A stretch of DNA of 37,165 bases from an uncultured Oscillospiraceae bacterium (GTDB lineage Bacteria; Bacillota; Clostridia; Oscillospirales; Oscillospiraceae), in the NCBI GenBank assembly GCA_964450205.1, contig CAYVCR010000002.1:1-37165 (forward strand). The letters are read 5' to 3'. The stretch's first letter is position 1. Every line of letters starts with the position of its first letter. The translations under genes were made by a program, and so were the position numbers. Below are positions 1 to 8,899 of the stretch, in pieces. The notes beneath the pieces were generated by a model. It had not been told where the DNA came from and ran no database searches. It worked only from the letters and a program-made list of their open reading frames with translations.

Positions 1-487
1 TCTTCTGGCCGCCGCAGGGGCCGTTGACCAGGCTCTTGGCACACTGGGTGATGGGACACACGCCGCCGGTCTGACCCAGCAGGCAGTCGCCGCAGAAGCG
101 GCAGGCCTCTTCCCACACGCCGAAGCGGACAGCTTCGCCCAGGTACATGGTGTTGTTGGAGGGGTAGACAGGCTTGGTGGGCACGTTCTTGGCCACACAC
201 TGGACGCCGTCACCGCAGGACATGCAGATGACACAGTCAGGGTCAGCGGCATTGATGGGCTTCATCTTGGCCTTGACACCCAGGTTCATGCAGCAGTAGT
301 CGCAGATGGTGGTTGCGACGACCTTCTTGCCGGCAGCTTCCAGGATCTTGGTCAGCTCGTCGATCTGAGGCTGACCGCCTGTCTGGCAGGCAGTGGCGCA
401 GCTATTGCAGCCCACCAGTGCTACGGTCTTAGCACCCGCGACCATAGCCATGACTTCTTCGATCGGTGTCTTTTGCGTGCTAATCAT
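1..487 (-). CDS. metV: Methylenetetrahydrofolate reductase small/C-terminal-domain subunit (MetV-like, Cys-rich), 3' end outside window
   Basis: Manual translation MISTQKTPIEEV...VGCNSCATACQTGG...CMSCGDG...CRFCGDCLLGQTGGVCPITQCAKSLVNGPCGG matches the MTHFR_C pattern; GAGGAG RBS upstream. Confidence 0.8.
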   Translation of the reverse strand, partial: MISTQKTPIEEVMAMVAGAKTVALVGCNSCATACQTGGQPQIDELTKILEAAGKKVVATTICDYCCMNLGVKAKMKPINAADPDCVICMSCGDGVQCVAKNVPTKPVYPSNNTMYLGEAVRFGVWEEACRFCGDCLLGQTGGVCPITQCAKSLVNGPCGGQK

Positions 488-687
488 GTACAATTTCTCC
501 TCTAAAGAATTTGTCCGTTGACAGGCAGACTCTGCCTGCTCGCATTACAGTTCCATTATAGCGCCTTCGCCGCAAAAATCAACCGCAAAATGTTAAGATA
601 ACAAAATTATCCCAGTGAATTGTGTTAAAAAATGTTAGAATGTTATAAAATAAACAGTTTATATCATGTCATAACACAGTGCACAGA

Positions 688-722
688 AAAAACATCCCGG
701 CTGCCATACGCAGCCGGGAAAA
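688..722 (-). terminator. Intrinsic terminator of the ABC transporter operon
   Basis: TCCCGGCTGC-loop-GCAGCCGGGA followed by a T-run on the minus strand, just after the 726 stop. Confidence 0.7.
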
Positions 723-725
723 TTT

Positions 726-1466
726 TTATGCATTGCGGAAGCGGGCAAGAAAGTCCTTGGTCTCCTGCTTCTGGGGATTGCCGAAAACTTCTTCGGGGCT
801 GCCCTGCTCGCAGATGACGCCCTCGTTCATGTAGACCACACGGTTACTGACATCGCGGGCAAAGGCCATCTCGTGGGTGACCACCAGCATGGTCATGCCT
901 TCGTTGGCAAGCTGGTGCATGACGGTCAGCACCTCGCCCACCATTTCCGGGTCAAGGGCAGAGGTCGGCTCATCAAACAGCAGCACCTCGGGATTCATAG
1001 CCAGAGCTCTTGCAATGGCAACACGCTGCTTCTGACCGCCGGAGATCTGCCGGGGTTTGGCCTTGATATACGGCGCCATGCCCACCTTGTTCAGATACTC
1101 CATGGCGATCTGACGGGCCTCAGCCTTGCTGCGCTTGAGCACCTGGGTCTGACCGACCATACAGTTGTCCAGCACGGTCATGTTGTTGAAGAGGTTGAAG
1201 GACTGGAACACCATGCCCACATGGGAGCGGTATTCCGGCGCATTCACGTGCCGGTCCGCCACATTCTTGCCGTGGTACAGGATCTCACCGGAGGTGGGAG
1301 TTTCCAGTAGATTGACACACCGAAGCAGAGTGGATTTACCGGAGCCGGAGGCGCCGATGATAGAGATCACGTCGCCCTTATTGACGGTAAAGTCGATATC
1401 GCGGAGCACCTCATGGGAGCCGAAGGACTTGCTCAGGTGCTTAATTTCCAAAATCATTTCACCCAT
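726..1466 (-). CDS. Polar amino-acid ABC transporter ATP-binding protein (GlnQ family)
   Basis: Walker A GASGSGKS, signature ISGGQKQR, Walker [13 protein letters not shown]-loop VTHE. Confidence 0.95.
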   Translation of the reverse strand: MGEMILEIKHLSKSFGSHEVLRDIDFTVNKGDVISIIGASGSGKSTLLRCVNLLETPTSGEILYHGKNVADRHVNAPEYRSHVGMVFQSFNLFNNMTVLDNCMVGQTQVLKRSKAEARQIAMEYLNKVGMAPYIKAKPRQISGGQKQRVAIARALAMNPEVLLFDEPTSALDPEMVGEVLTVMHQLANEGMTMLVVTHEMAFARDVSNRVVYMNEGVICEQGSPEEVFGNPQKQETKDFLARFRNA

Positions 1467-1467
1467 A

Positions 1468-2388
1468 TCAGCGGTCTCCTCTCGTGCTGCCGTTACGGCT
1501 CTTCAGGCCGGTACGCAGGCGATCTCTCTTCTCTGCCTCCTGGGCAGCCTTGGCGTTGAACTCACGGCTCTTCTCATCAAAGGGTGTGCCACGGTCCGGA
1601 TGGCTGTAAGTACCGGCAGACATAGCCAGGGCATCCTCGTTGACCAACTCGTAGCTGGAATTTCCGTCCATTTTCTTCTCCAGCCAGCGCAGCAGGAAGG
1701 AGGCGATCAGGGTCAGGGTCAGATAGCCCACCATTTCGATGACAGCGGAGGGGAAATACAGGTTATTGATACCCACGATCATGCGATGGGCCGCGAAGAA
1801 CTCGATGAAGCCGATGATGAACATCACCGAGGTGTCCTTGATGTTGATGATGAAGTTATTGCCGATCTGGGGCATGATGTTCCGCAGGGCCTGAGGCATA
1901 ATGACCTTCACCATGGTCTGCACATGGGTCATGCCGATGGCCTTGGCACCCTCAGTCTGACCGGGATCGATAGAGATAATACCGCCGCGGACGGATTCTG
2001 CCATGTAGGCACCGGTGTTGATGGAAACGATGATGATCGATGCCAGCCACATGCCACTGTAGCCGGAAAAGGCGATCTGGTTATTGGTGAAGTAGGGCAG
2101 GCCGTAGTAGATAAACACCGCCTGCAGCACCATGGGCGTGCCGCGGAAAACTTCCACATAGACCCGCACCAGAATGCGGATGATCTTCAGCACGATGCGC
2201 TTAAACAGAGAATCTGTAGGTGCATATGGGATAGTATTAAGTACACCACAGATCAGGCCAATGATGCAGCCGATCAAGGTGGCCACCACTGCCAGGATCA
2301 GGGTATTGCCAACGCCGCGCAGATAGGTGGGCCAGTAGTTCTGCCACAGGCGGACCACATCGCTGAAAAGCTCAATTAGCTTATCCAT
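1468..2388 (-). CDS. Polar amino-acid ABC transporter permease (HisM/GlnP family)
   Basis: FRGTP motif, EAA-like loop [17 protein letters not shown] motif, hydrophobic helices. Confidence 0.93.
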   Translation of the reverse strand: MDKLIELFSDVVRLWQNYWPTYLRGVGNTLILAVVATLIGCIIGLICGVLNTIPYAPTDSLFKRIVLKIIRILVRVYVEVFRGTPMVLQAVFIYYGLPYFTNNQIAFSGYSGMWLASIIIVSINTGAYMAESVRGGIISIDPGQTEGAKAIGMTHVQTMVKVIMPQALRNIMPQIGNNFIINIKDTSVMFIIGFIEFFAAHRMIVGINNLYFPSAVIEMVGYLTLTLIASFLLRWLEKKMDGNSSYELVNEDALAMSAGTYSHPDRGTPFDEKSREFNAKAAQEAEKRDRLRTGLKSRNGSTRGDR

Positions 2389-2409
2389 GATTGATTTCCT
2401 TTCGTGGGA

Positions 2410-2436
2410 ATTGCCCCGGCAAGTTGCCGGGGCAAT
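2410..2436. promoter_or_regulatory. Intergenic hairpin between substrate-binding protein and permease genes (possible mRNA stabiliser or partial terminator)
   Basis: ATTGCCCCGGCAA-G-TTGCCGGGGCAAT perfect inverted repeat. Confidence 0.5.
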
Positions 2437-2443
2437 GACATTT

Positions 2444-3310
2444 TTAGATTTCAGGCTGGAAGCCGATGCACTCTTCCATCAGTGCGTTGAACTCGTCCTC
2501 GGTCATAGCGTTCAGCACTTCATTCATCAGTGCCTGCAGCTCGGTGTTGCCCTGCTTGACGGACACGCCGATGTTCACGTTCTCAGCGCGCTCTTCCTCG
2601 GTAGCAAACTGGAAGTCACCGTCGGTACCGGCAAAGTTCAGGACCACCAGGTCGGGGTTCTTGGCAACAGCGCCGTTGGCGGTGGGCAGGTCGGTGCAGA
2701 TGAAGTCCACAGTGCCGCTCTCCAGAGCCATGATCATAGCAGGTGCATCAGCGGCAGGTGCCTGGATGTCAGCGCCGGTGATCTGGGGCAGGCAGCTGTC
2801 GTACCAGATAGTACCGGACTGGCTGGTGCAGGTGCCGGACAACTCGGAAATAGAGGTTGCGGAAGCCAGGGGGCTGTCAGCCTTAACAACGCAAACGATG
2901 GTGGCGTAGTAGTAGGGACCAGCCATATCGACCTCTGCCATACGATCAGCGGTCATGGACTGACCGGCGATCGCTACGTCAATGGTACCGGCATCCAGAG
3001 CGGGGGTCAGACCGCCCCATTCGCAGGCGACAACTTCGATGCCCCAGCCGTTGGCCTCAGCGATCTTCTTGGCGATCTGCACGTCGTAGCCGTTGGCATA
3101 GGCGCCGGGGTTGTTGACGATGGGAACGGCACCATTGGCATCGGTTGCCTGGGTCCAGTTATAGGGAGCGTAGGCGCATTCCATACCAACGGTCAGAATG
3201 TTGTCGTTGCCACCGGGGACAACTGCGCCCTCGGACTCATCGTTACCGCCGCAGGCGGCCAGGGACATGACCATTACAAGGGCCATAACCAGTGCTAACA
3301 TCTTCTTCAT
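2444..3310 (-). CDS. Amino-acid (likely lysine) ABC transporter substrate-binding lipoprotein
   Basis: Lipobox LAAC, family-3 SBP motifs (VGMECAYAPYNW, GYDVQIA); lies downstream of a lysine riboswitch. Confidence 0.9.
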   Translation of the reverse strand: MKKMLALVMALVMVMSLAACGGNDESEGAVVPGGNDNILTVGMECAYAPYNWTQATDANGAVPIVNNPGAYANGYDVQIAKKIAEANGWGIEVVACEWGGLTPALDAGTIDVAIAGQSMTADRMAEVDMAGPYYYATIVCVVKADSPLASATSISELSGTCTSQSGTIWYDSCLPQITGADIQAPAADAPAMIMALESGTVDFICTDLPTANGAVAKNPDLVVLNFAGTDGDFQFATEEERAENVNIGVSVKQGNTELQALMNEVLNAMTEDEFNALMEECIGFQPEI

Positions 3311-3472
3311 TTTCTTTTCTTCCTTTCAATTTTGAAAAATTTGCTCCGTAGAGCCGGTCTTGGGCAGCAAGAGTATTTTCAAAGCTGGCCCTATAAAACA
3401 AAAATCGAACCGCTTTGCATAAGCGATCCGACAGCAATAGCAATACGTACAAACAGTATAGCATACACTGCT

Positions 3473-3638
3473 TCGATAGCGCTTCACAAAGTTCATTGTG
3501 ACAGTCCGACAGATATTCTCTGACGGCCCAGCAAGAAAAACCCGGGCGGCTTTCTCACTTCGGCGGTCTCCCCTTTCCCCTGCGGCGGCTGCCCTGCCTT
3601 GCCAAAGGGTACTGATGAAACCCGCGCCTCTATCTGAG
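3473..3638 (-). ncRNA. Lysine riboswitch (L-box)
   Basis: Minus strand reads GATAGAGGCGCG...AGTA...GAAAGGGG...GCCGAA...CTGGGCC...GAATA...GGACTGTCA...GAAGCGCTATC, the conserved L-box landmarks with P1 GATAG/CTATC. Confidence 0.9.
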
Positions 3639-3655
3639 CGATTCAATTTTTCCAT

Positions 3656-3684
3656 ATACTAACACGGTAAAGCCGGTCTGTCAA
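3656..3684 (-). promoter_or_regulatory. Sigma-A promoter of the lysine ABC operon
   Basis: TTGACA-17 nt-TAGTAT with TG extension, immediately 5' of the riboswitch. Confidence 0.75.
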
Positions 3685-3832
3685 GTCCCAATTCTAATTT
3701 TGTCGTTTTCTTCCAATATGTGCACGAGACAAACATTTGTTTTCGCTATATTGTACAGCATTCAGCACTTGTGCAACTAAAATAAATGTTGTATAATCTT
3801 GATAATGTTTAAATTTGTTTTTGGAGAATGTT

Positions 3833-4639
3833 ATGAAAAAGATCCTTTCCTTCCTTCTTGCACTGGCACTGGTGTTTTCCCTGATCGGCTGCAAACCGGC
3901 AGACTCTTTGAAAGCGCCTATCCAGCCTACCGTAGAAGTCCAAACCACCGAATCCACCCAGGCACCAACCGAGGAAACGACGGAAACGGCTGCAGAAAAC
4001 GCCACAGAAGCGGCAACAGACGTAAGTGCTGGCACCACACAGCCTTCCCAAAGCTCCCAAGCTGACCAGTCCCCAACCCAGACAGAGCCTTCTGTAGGAG
4101 CGTCTACCGAGACCTCTGCCGAAACCCGTTCCACACAACCGGACGACCGGGATGAACAGCCGGATGACCGGGACGAACAGCCGGATGACCGGGAGGTGCC
4201 CACCACAGCACCTACCCAGACGCCTACTGAGTCTCCCACCGAAGCACCTACTGAAGCACCTACCGAAGCACCTACCGAAGCACCTACCGAAGCACCTACC
4301 CAGCAGGAATATCCCATTGATCCCAACGGATACTACAAGTATCGGGACGATGTGGCCCTCTATATCCACACATTCGGCCGCCTGCCCGGTAACTACATTT
4401 CCAAGACCCAGGGAAACAGCCAATACGGCAGCTATAAAAATATTCCCTCTACCATGAACATCGGCGGTGACCGCTTCTATAACAACGAAGGGCTTCTGCC
4501 CTCCGGTTACACCTACTATGAATGTGACATTGGTACCTCCGGCGGTACCAACCGGGGTTCTAAGCGTATCGTTTACACCACCAGCGGCATCGTCTATTAC
4601 ACCAGCGATCATTACGCATCCTTTACCCGGCTCTACTAA
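3833..4639 (+). CDS. Barnase-family guanyl ribonuclease lipoprotein with a Thr/Pro/Glu-rich stalk
   Basis: Lipobox LIGC; C-terminal IGGDRFYN..YYECDI..RGSKRIVY..YYTSDHY retains barnase-type Glu/Arg/His residues; GGAG RBS before ATG 3833. Confidence 0.88.
   Translation: MKKILSFLLALALVFSLIGCKPADSLKAPIQPTVEVQTTESTQAPTEETTETAAENATEAATDVSAGTTQPSQSSQADQSPTQTEPSVGASTETSAETRSTQPDDRDEQPDDRDEQPDDREVPTTAPTQTPTESPTEAPTEAPTEAPTEAPTEAPTQQEYPIDPNGYYKYRDDVALYIHTFGRLPGNYISKTQGNSQYGSYKNIPSTMNIGGDRFYNNEGLLPSGYTYYECDIGTSGGTNRGSKRIVYTTSGIVYYTSDHYASFTRLY
4136..4297 (+). repeat. In-frame tandem repeats: about 3 x 21 bp (QPDDRDE) and 5 x 12 bp (TEAP)
   Basis: CAGCCGGATGACCGGGACGAA-type units at 4136-4198; ACCGAAGCACCT units at 4238-4297. 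Confidence 0.9.
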
Positions 4640-4650
4640 GGAGGAATGCT

Positions 4651-4908
4651 ATGCAGCAGATCACCTTACATTGCGCCGGTATCGAAACCAAGCAGCAGCT
4701 TCATGTTGCATTGGCCGACGCGCTCAATTTCCCCAACTGGTACGGGCATAACTTGGATGCACTGTACGACTGTCTGACGGATCTGGACGAAGCGGTCCAT
4801 CTGCATTTGATCGATTGGGAAATGCTTCCGGACTGGAAAGCTGCTTTCCGTGCAGTCTTTGATGACGCAGAAAACGACAGTCCTGTTTTTACTGTCAGCT
4901 TTGCATAA
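4651..4908 (+). CDS. Barstar-family ribonuclease inhibitor
   Basis: LNFPNWYGHNLDALYDCLTD barstar motif; directly downstream of the barnase-like gene with AGGAGG RBS. Confidence 0.92.
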   Translation: MQQITLHCAGIETKQQLHVALADALNFPNWYGHNLDALYDCLTDLDEAVHLHLIDWEMLPDWKAAFRAVFDDAENDSPVFTVSFA

Positions 4909-4946
4909 TAGCACCGCCTGCGGTTGTTCCGCAGGCGGTGCTATTT
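4908..4946. terminator. Strong hairpin/terminator after barstar
   Basis: ATAGCACCGCCTGCGG-TTGTT-CCGCAGGCGGTGCTAT followed by a short T-run. Confidence 0.65.
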
Positions 4947-4996
4947 CATCGTTCAAATCTCCGTTTATAAAGGTGTTTACTGCACTCCAAAGGAGC

Positions 4997-5108
4997 ATCA
5001 TCCTGAGTGGAGCGAAGCGGAATCGAAGGATCTTCGCACTGAATATTTGCAAAGTAGTACCGAAAATGCGTAGATTCTTCGACTCGCTGTCGCTCGCTCA
5101 GAATGACG
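4997..5108 (+). repeat. REP/MITE-like palindromic element, copy A
   Basis: TCATCCTGAG..GAAGGATCTT..AGATTCTTCG..CTCAGAATGAC; a closely similar inverted copy lies at 36719-36831. Confidence 0.8.
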
Positions 5109-5150
5109 CACTTAGGGTGGTGCGGTGATAATTTCAACAGTTCGATCAAC

Positions 5151-5207
5151 CGTAGGGAACGGATTCATCCGTTCAACAAGACGGAAGGCATAAATGCCTT
5201 CCGTACA
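5151..5207. repeat. GTAG-type REP doublet (two inward-facing small hairpins)
   Basis: GTAGGGAACGGATTCATCCGTTC on + strand and GTACGGAAGGCATTTATGCCTTCC on - strand. Confidence 0.55.
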
Positions 5208-5238
5208 AATTCTAACGAATTGCTCGATAAACAGGAAT

Positions 5239-5583
5239 TTATTCTCCCTTTTCTTCGTTCTGGACAGGTATCTGCACCAAACCTGCCACATCGGACACCG
5301 GCAGGCTGAAGGTAATGCCCTGGGCCTTCTTATCCATACCCATCTGCTTATAGAGGGCATTAAGAACATTGTCACGAATGTCCTTCTCCACCACCATCAT
5401 GAGGATCTCCTTTTCCGCATGGATGGTAATGCCAAAGAAGGCCGCCTCGTTCTCGCGGGCTACGCCGCGGCCGCCAATGATCGTGCCGCCACGGACACCC
5501 TGCTCACGGGCCACTGCCATGGCATCCTCGGCATAGCCGGAATTCACAATAGCAAAGATCACCTCGTGGTTATTGGTCGTCAT
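5239..5583 (-). CDS. P-II family regulator-like protein
   Basis: 114 aa; GGTIIGGRG, EKEILMMVV and GITFSLPV PII-fold motifs; DUF1538 context. Confidence 0.85.
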   Translation of the reverse strand: MTTNNHEVIFAIVNSGYAEDAMAVAREQGVRGGTIIGGRGVARENEAAFFGITIHAEKEILMMVVEKDIRDNVLNALYKQMGMDKKAQGITFSLPVSDVAGLVQIPVQNEEKGE

Positions 5584-5585
5584 GG

Positions 5586-5954
5586 TCAGTCCTCCCTTCC
5601 CTGCTTGTTGTTACTTAAGAATTGATACATATTTACGCCGATCACACTGGACAGGGGCACCGCAAAAGCAACGCCCTTGCCGTTTTTGATGGTTGTAAAT
5701 TTATTTTCCAGGCACTTCATGATGGGATCCACCATATCCTCCCGGACCACACTCAGCAGCACAGCCTTGTTGATGTTCAGTCCCAGCATATCGATCAGAT
5801 CCGACTGGGCAGTACCCTTGCCGGCGGTGACCATCTGGAAATTCACATCAAACTGACTCAGCACATCCAGGTAAAATTCGGCCTTGGGGCGATCCACCAC
5901 GGTAAATACCAGCTTCAGCTTCTTGATCGCCGATTCATTGATCGTATTTGCCAT
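5586..5954 (-). CDS. P-II-like protein
   Basis: 122 aa; AGKGTA and GKGVAFAVPLSSVIG motifs. Confidence 0.78.
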   Translation of the reverse strand: MANTINESAIKKLKLVFTVVDRPKAEFYLDVLSQFDVNFQMVTAGKGTAQSDLIDMLGLNINKAVLLSVVREDMVDPIMKCLENKFTTIKNGKGVAFAVPLSSVIGVNMYQFLSNNKQGRED

Positions 5955-5965
5955 ACCGCCCCTCC

Positions 5966-7498
5966 TTACATAAAGTTGATGATCTGCTGATCATCTACAT
6001 CCAGGATCCGCTTCATAGCACGCTTCTCCTGGACCCGGTTGGACACGATGGCCTTGAAGCCCAGCAGCTGAATGGTGATCAACGGAGTCATGGCGACCAG
6101 CGCCACTACGCCAAAGGCATCCCGGAGCACCGCACTCTCGCCCTGCAGGCCTACACACAGGCCGATGGCAAAGGGCAGGATAAAGCCGGAGGTCATCGGG
6201 CCGCTGGCCACACCGCCGGAGTCGAAGGCGATGGCCGTATACACAGGCGGCACGAACAGTGACAGCGCCAAAGAGATAAAGTAGCCGGGGATGATGTAGT
6301 AAGTCAAGGAAAAATCGAAAATGATCCGCACCACGCTCAGCGCGATTGCCAGACCCACGCCGATGCACAGGCCGATGAGCATGGACCGCTTGGTCACGTA
6401 GCCGCCGGTCACGTCCTCGACCTGCACTGTCAATACATGGATGGCAGGCTCTGCCAAAACAACCAAAACACCGATCAGCAAGCCCAGGCCGATCAGCAGC
6501 CAGTGGGGCATGGCACTCAGCTGGTTGCCCAGCTTATAGCCGATGGGCATGAAGCCTACATTGACACCGGTCAGGAAGATCACCAGGCCTGCGTATGTAA
6601 ACAGCACGCCCACGCCGATCTTCGCAAGCTGGCGCTTGGGCAGCTTCAGAAAGAAGACCTGACACAGCAGGAAGAACACCACGATCAGGCCCAGCGCAAT
6701 GGCCACTTCTTTTGCTGTGTGGCCCGCCGTATGAAGAAACGCAGACAGAATATCCTCACTGACTGTATAGTCCGGGACTGTATATGTCAAGTCGCCCCGG
6801 GAAAAAACGCCAAGCAGCAGCACTGCCAGGATCGGTCCAACAGAGCACAGCGCCACCAGGCCGAAGCTGTTTTCCTGGCTGTGGCGGTCACCCAGCACAG
6901 AGGAAATGCCCACGCCCAGGGCCATGATAAAGGGCACTGTGATCGGACCGGTAGTCACGCCGCCGGAGTCAAAGGCCATAGGCAGCAGGTCCAGTCTGTC
7001 ATTGACTGCCAGCAGCAGTGCCAGGGCAAACAGCAGCATATAGAAGAGCATCAGAATATTCCCCAGCCGCCTGCGGAACACAATGCGCAAAATAGCCACC
7101 AGCAAAAATGCACCGACACCGATACCCACCGTGTAGATCAGCACAGTACCGTTCATAACCGCACTGACCTGATTGGCCAGCACCTGCAGGTCAGGCTCAG
7201 CGATGGTGATCAGCATGCCCAGCACAAAGCAGACGCCGAGCAGCAGCCACAGCTTCTTCTGTCGGGACAAGCCTGCACCCACGTGGGTACCCATAGGCGT
7301 CATAGCAAGATCAGCACCCATGTTGAACAGGCCGATGCCCAGTATCAACAGTACAGCACCGATGGTGAAGGTGATCAGTTCGGTTTTGGAAAAGCTAAAC
7401 CAGGGCAGCAGCGCCATAATATACACGATCGCCGTGATCGGCAGTGCCGACAACAGTGCTTCCAAAATTTTGGAACGCAGTTCCTTCAAGCCATTCAC
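5966..7498 (-). CDS. DUF1538 family membrane protein (two fused DUF1538 domains)
   Basis: Duplicated motifs AEPDL/AEPAI, AFDSGGVTTGP/AFDSGGVASGP and FGLVAL/FGVVAL. Confidence 0.88.
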   Translation of the reverse strand: MNGLKELRSKILEALLSALPITAIVYIMALLPWFSFSKTELITFTIGAVLLILGIGLFNMGADLAMTPMGTHVGAGLSRQKKLWLLLGVCFVLGMLITIAEPDLQVLANQVSAVMNGTVLIYTVGIGVGAFLLVAILRIVFRRRLGNILMLFYMLLFALALLLAVNDRLDLLPMAFDSGGVTTGPITVPFIMALGVGISSVLGDRHSQENSFGLVALCSVGPILAVLLLGVFSRGDLTYTVPDYTVSEDILSAFLHTAGHTAKEVAIALGLIVVFFLLCQVFFLKLPKRQLAKIGVGVLFTYAGLVIFLTGVNVGFMPIGYKLGNQLSAMPHWLLIGLGLLIGVLVVLAEPAIHVLTVQVEDVTGGYVTKRSMLIGLCIGVGLAIALSVVRIIFDFSLTYYIIPGYFISLALSLFVPPVYTAIAFDSGGVASGPMTSGFILPFAIGLCVGLQGESAVLRDAFGVVALVAMTPLITIQLLGFKAIVSNRVQEKRAMKRILDVDDQQIINFM

Positions 7499-7621
7499 CT
7501 ACCTTGTAAATGTTATTTTTTTAATTATAGCAGAAAAAATGTAACATGCCAACTATAAAAACTGTAAATTTTTTTGTAATAAATCATGACAAAGCGCGGC
7601 TGCAGAGACAGCCGCGTTTGC

Positions 7622-8899
7622 TTATTTGCGAATGATGACCGGCTCACCGGTCAGGCCGAAGCTGCCTTCAAAGATATCCACCGTTCCGCCCAGCAGGTTT
7701 TCATACACGCCGTCGGGCAGGTCCGTCTTGACGGTTGTACTTTCGCCCCGGACAGAGAACCAGCCCAGCAGCTGCTGCTCACCCTTGGTGTGGGCAGCTG
7801 CGATCACATCTCTGGGCAGCGCCTTGACTTCGTAAGCGCTGTCAGCAAAGATAGGATCCTGCTTGATATCATACAATTTGCGCAGCAGGTCGGAAATGTC
7901 CTTGCCGGAAGCCCAGTCCACCGGGTCCTTTTCAAACAGCTGAGGCCGGTGGGCATTGCTGACCTCCTGGCCGTTGTAGAGCATGGTCATGCCCTTCTGG
8001 AAATACAGGAAGGCTGTCCAGTTGCGCAGCATTTTTTCATCCGGAATGTCCTGCGCCGCCCGGGGGCGGTCATGGTTTTCCAGAAACCGGAGCTTTACAT
8101 AGTTATCAGGATAGATAGCCTCCTGCCAGTTCAGCGCATCCGTATAGGCACTCAGCGGCAGTTCGCCCGCTAAGTACTTGCGGTAGATCCAGTAGATATC
8201 GTAATCGTAGCTGATATCAAACACCTGGAAGGATTCGCAGTCAGAGTGGCCCACCATACCCTTTGAGCGGAGCAGACGGATGAAATCAGGCTCCACGCTC
8301 TCCACCAGCCAGATACAGCCGGGGCGGACCTTCTCCACCTCTTCCCTGGCCTTCTGCCAGAACTCCATGGGCACCAGCACCGCTGCGTCACAGCGGAAGC
8401 CGTCCACGATCTTGGCCCACATTTTCAAGGTTTCGATCTGATAATCCCACAGCCCCTTTTGGTTGTAGTCCAGGTCGATGATGTCGTACCAGTCGCCTAC
8501 CCGGTTGCCGAAGCTGCCGTCTATCTTGTGGAAAAACCACTTCGGGTGGTTTTCTGCCAGCCAGGAATCGGGTGAAGTGTGGTTGTAGACCACGTCGATG
8601 ATGACCTTCAAACCCTTTTCGTGGGCTGCGTCTACCAGGCGCTTCAAGTCCTCCTCCGTGCCGAAATCCGGGGTGATAGCCCTAAAATCCTTGGCGGCGT
8701 AGGGACTTCCCACTGTACCCTTACGGGCCTTCTCACCGATGGGGTGAATGGGCATCAGCCAAAGGATGTCCACACCCAGAGACTTGATCCGGTCCAGGTC
8801 CTGGCGGACGGCTTCAAAAGTCCCTTCCTGGGAGTAATTACGTACAAAAACGGAATAGAGCACCTGGTTGCGGTAGGTTTTCGGTGTATTGACCGCCAT
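7622..8899 (-). CDS. GH13 alpha-amylase family glycoside hydrolase (cytoplasmic)
   Basis: DVVYNH, DGFRCDAA, LVES and FLENHD catalytic regions; no signal peptide. Confidence 0.92.
   Translation of the reverse strand: MAVNTPKTYRNQVLYSVFVRNYSQEGTFEAVRQDLDRIKSLGVDILWLMPIHPIGEKARKGTVGSPYAAKDFRAITPDFGTEEDLKRLVDAAHEKGLKVIIDVVYNHTSPDSWLAENHPKWFFHKIDGSFGNRVGDWYDIIDLDYNQKGLWDYQIETLKMWAKIVDGFRCDAAVLVPMEFWQKAREEVEKVRPGCIWLVESVEPDFIRLLRSKGMVGHSDCESFQVFDISYDYDIYWIYRKYLAGELPLSAYTDALNWQEAIYPDNYVKLRFLENHDRPRAAQDIPDEKMLRNWTAFLYFQKGMTMLYNGQEVSNAHRPQLFEKDPVDWASGKDISDLLRKLYDIKQDPIFADSAYEVKALPRDVIAAAHTKGEQQLLGWFSVRGESTTVKTDLPDGVYENLLGGTVDIFEGSFGLTGEPVIIRK

Noticed and set aside
495..660. Possible folate/ZTP/SAM riboswitch or Rex boxes upstream of metV
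   Set aside because: Only a small hairpin and imperfect TGTTA repeats; no recognisable aptamer consensus.
4136..4297. Short repeats as a CRISPR array
   Set aside because: They are in-frame tandem coding repeats without unique spacers, and no cas genes are present.
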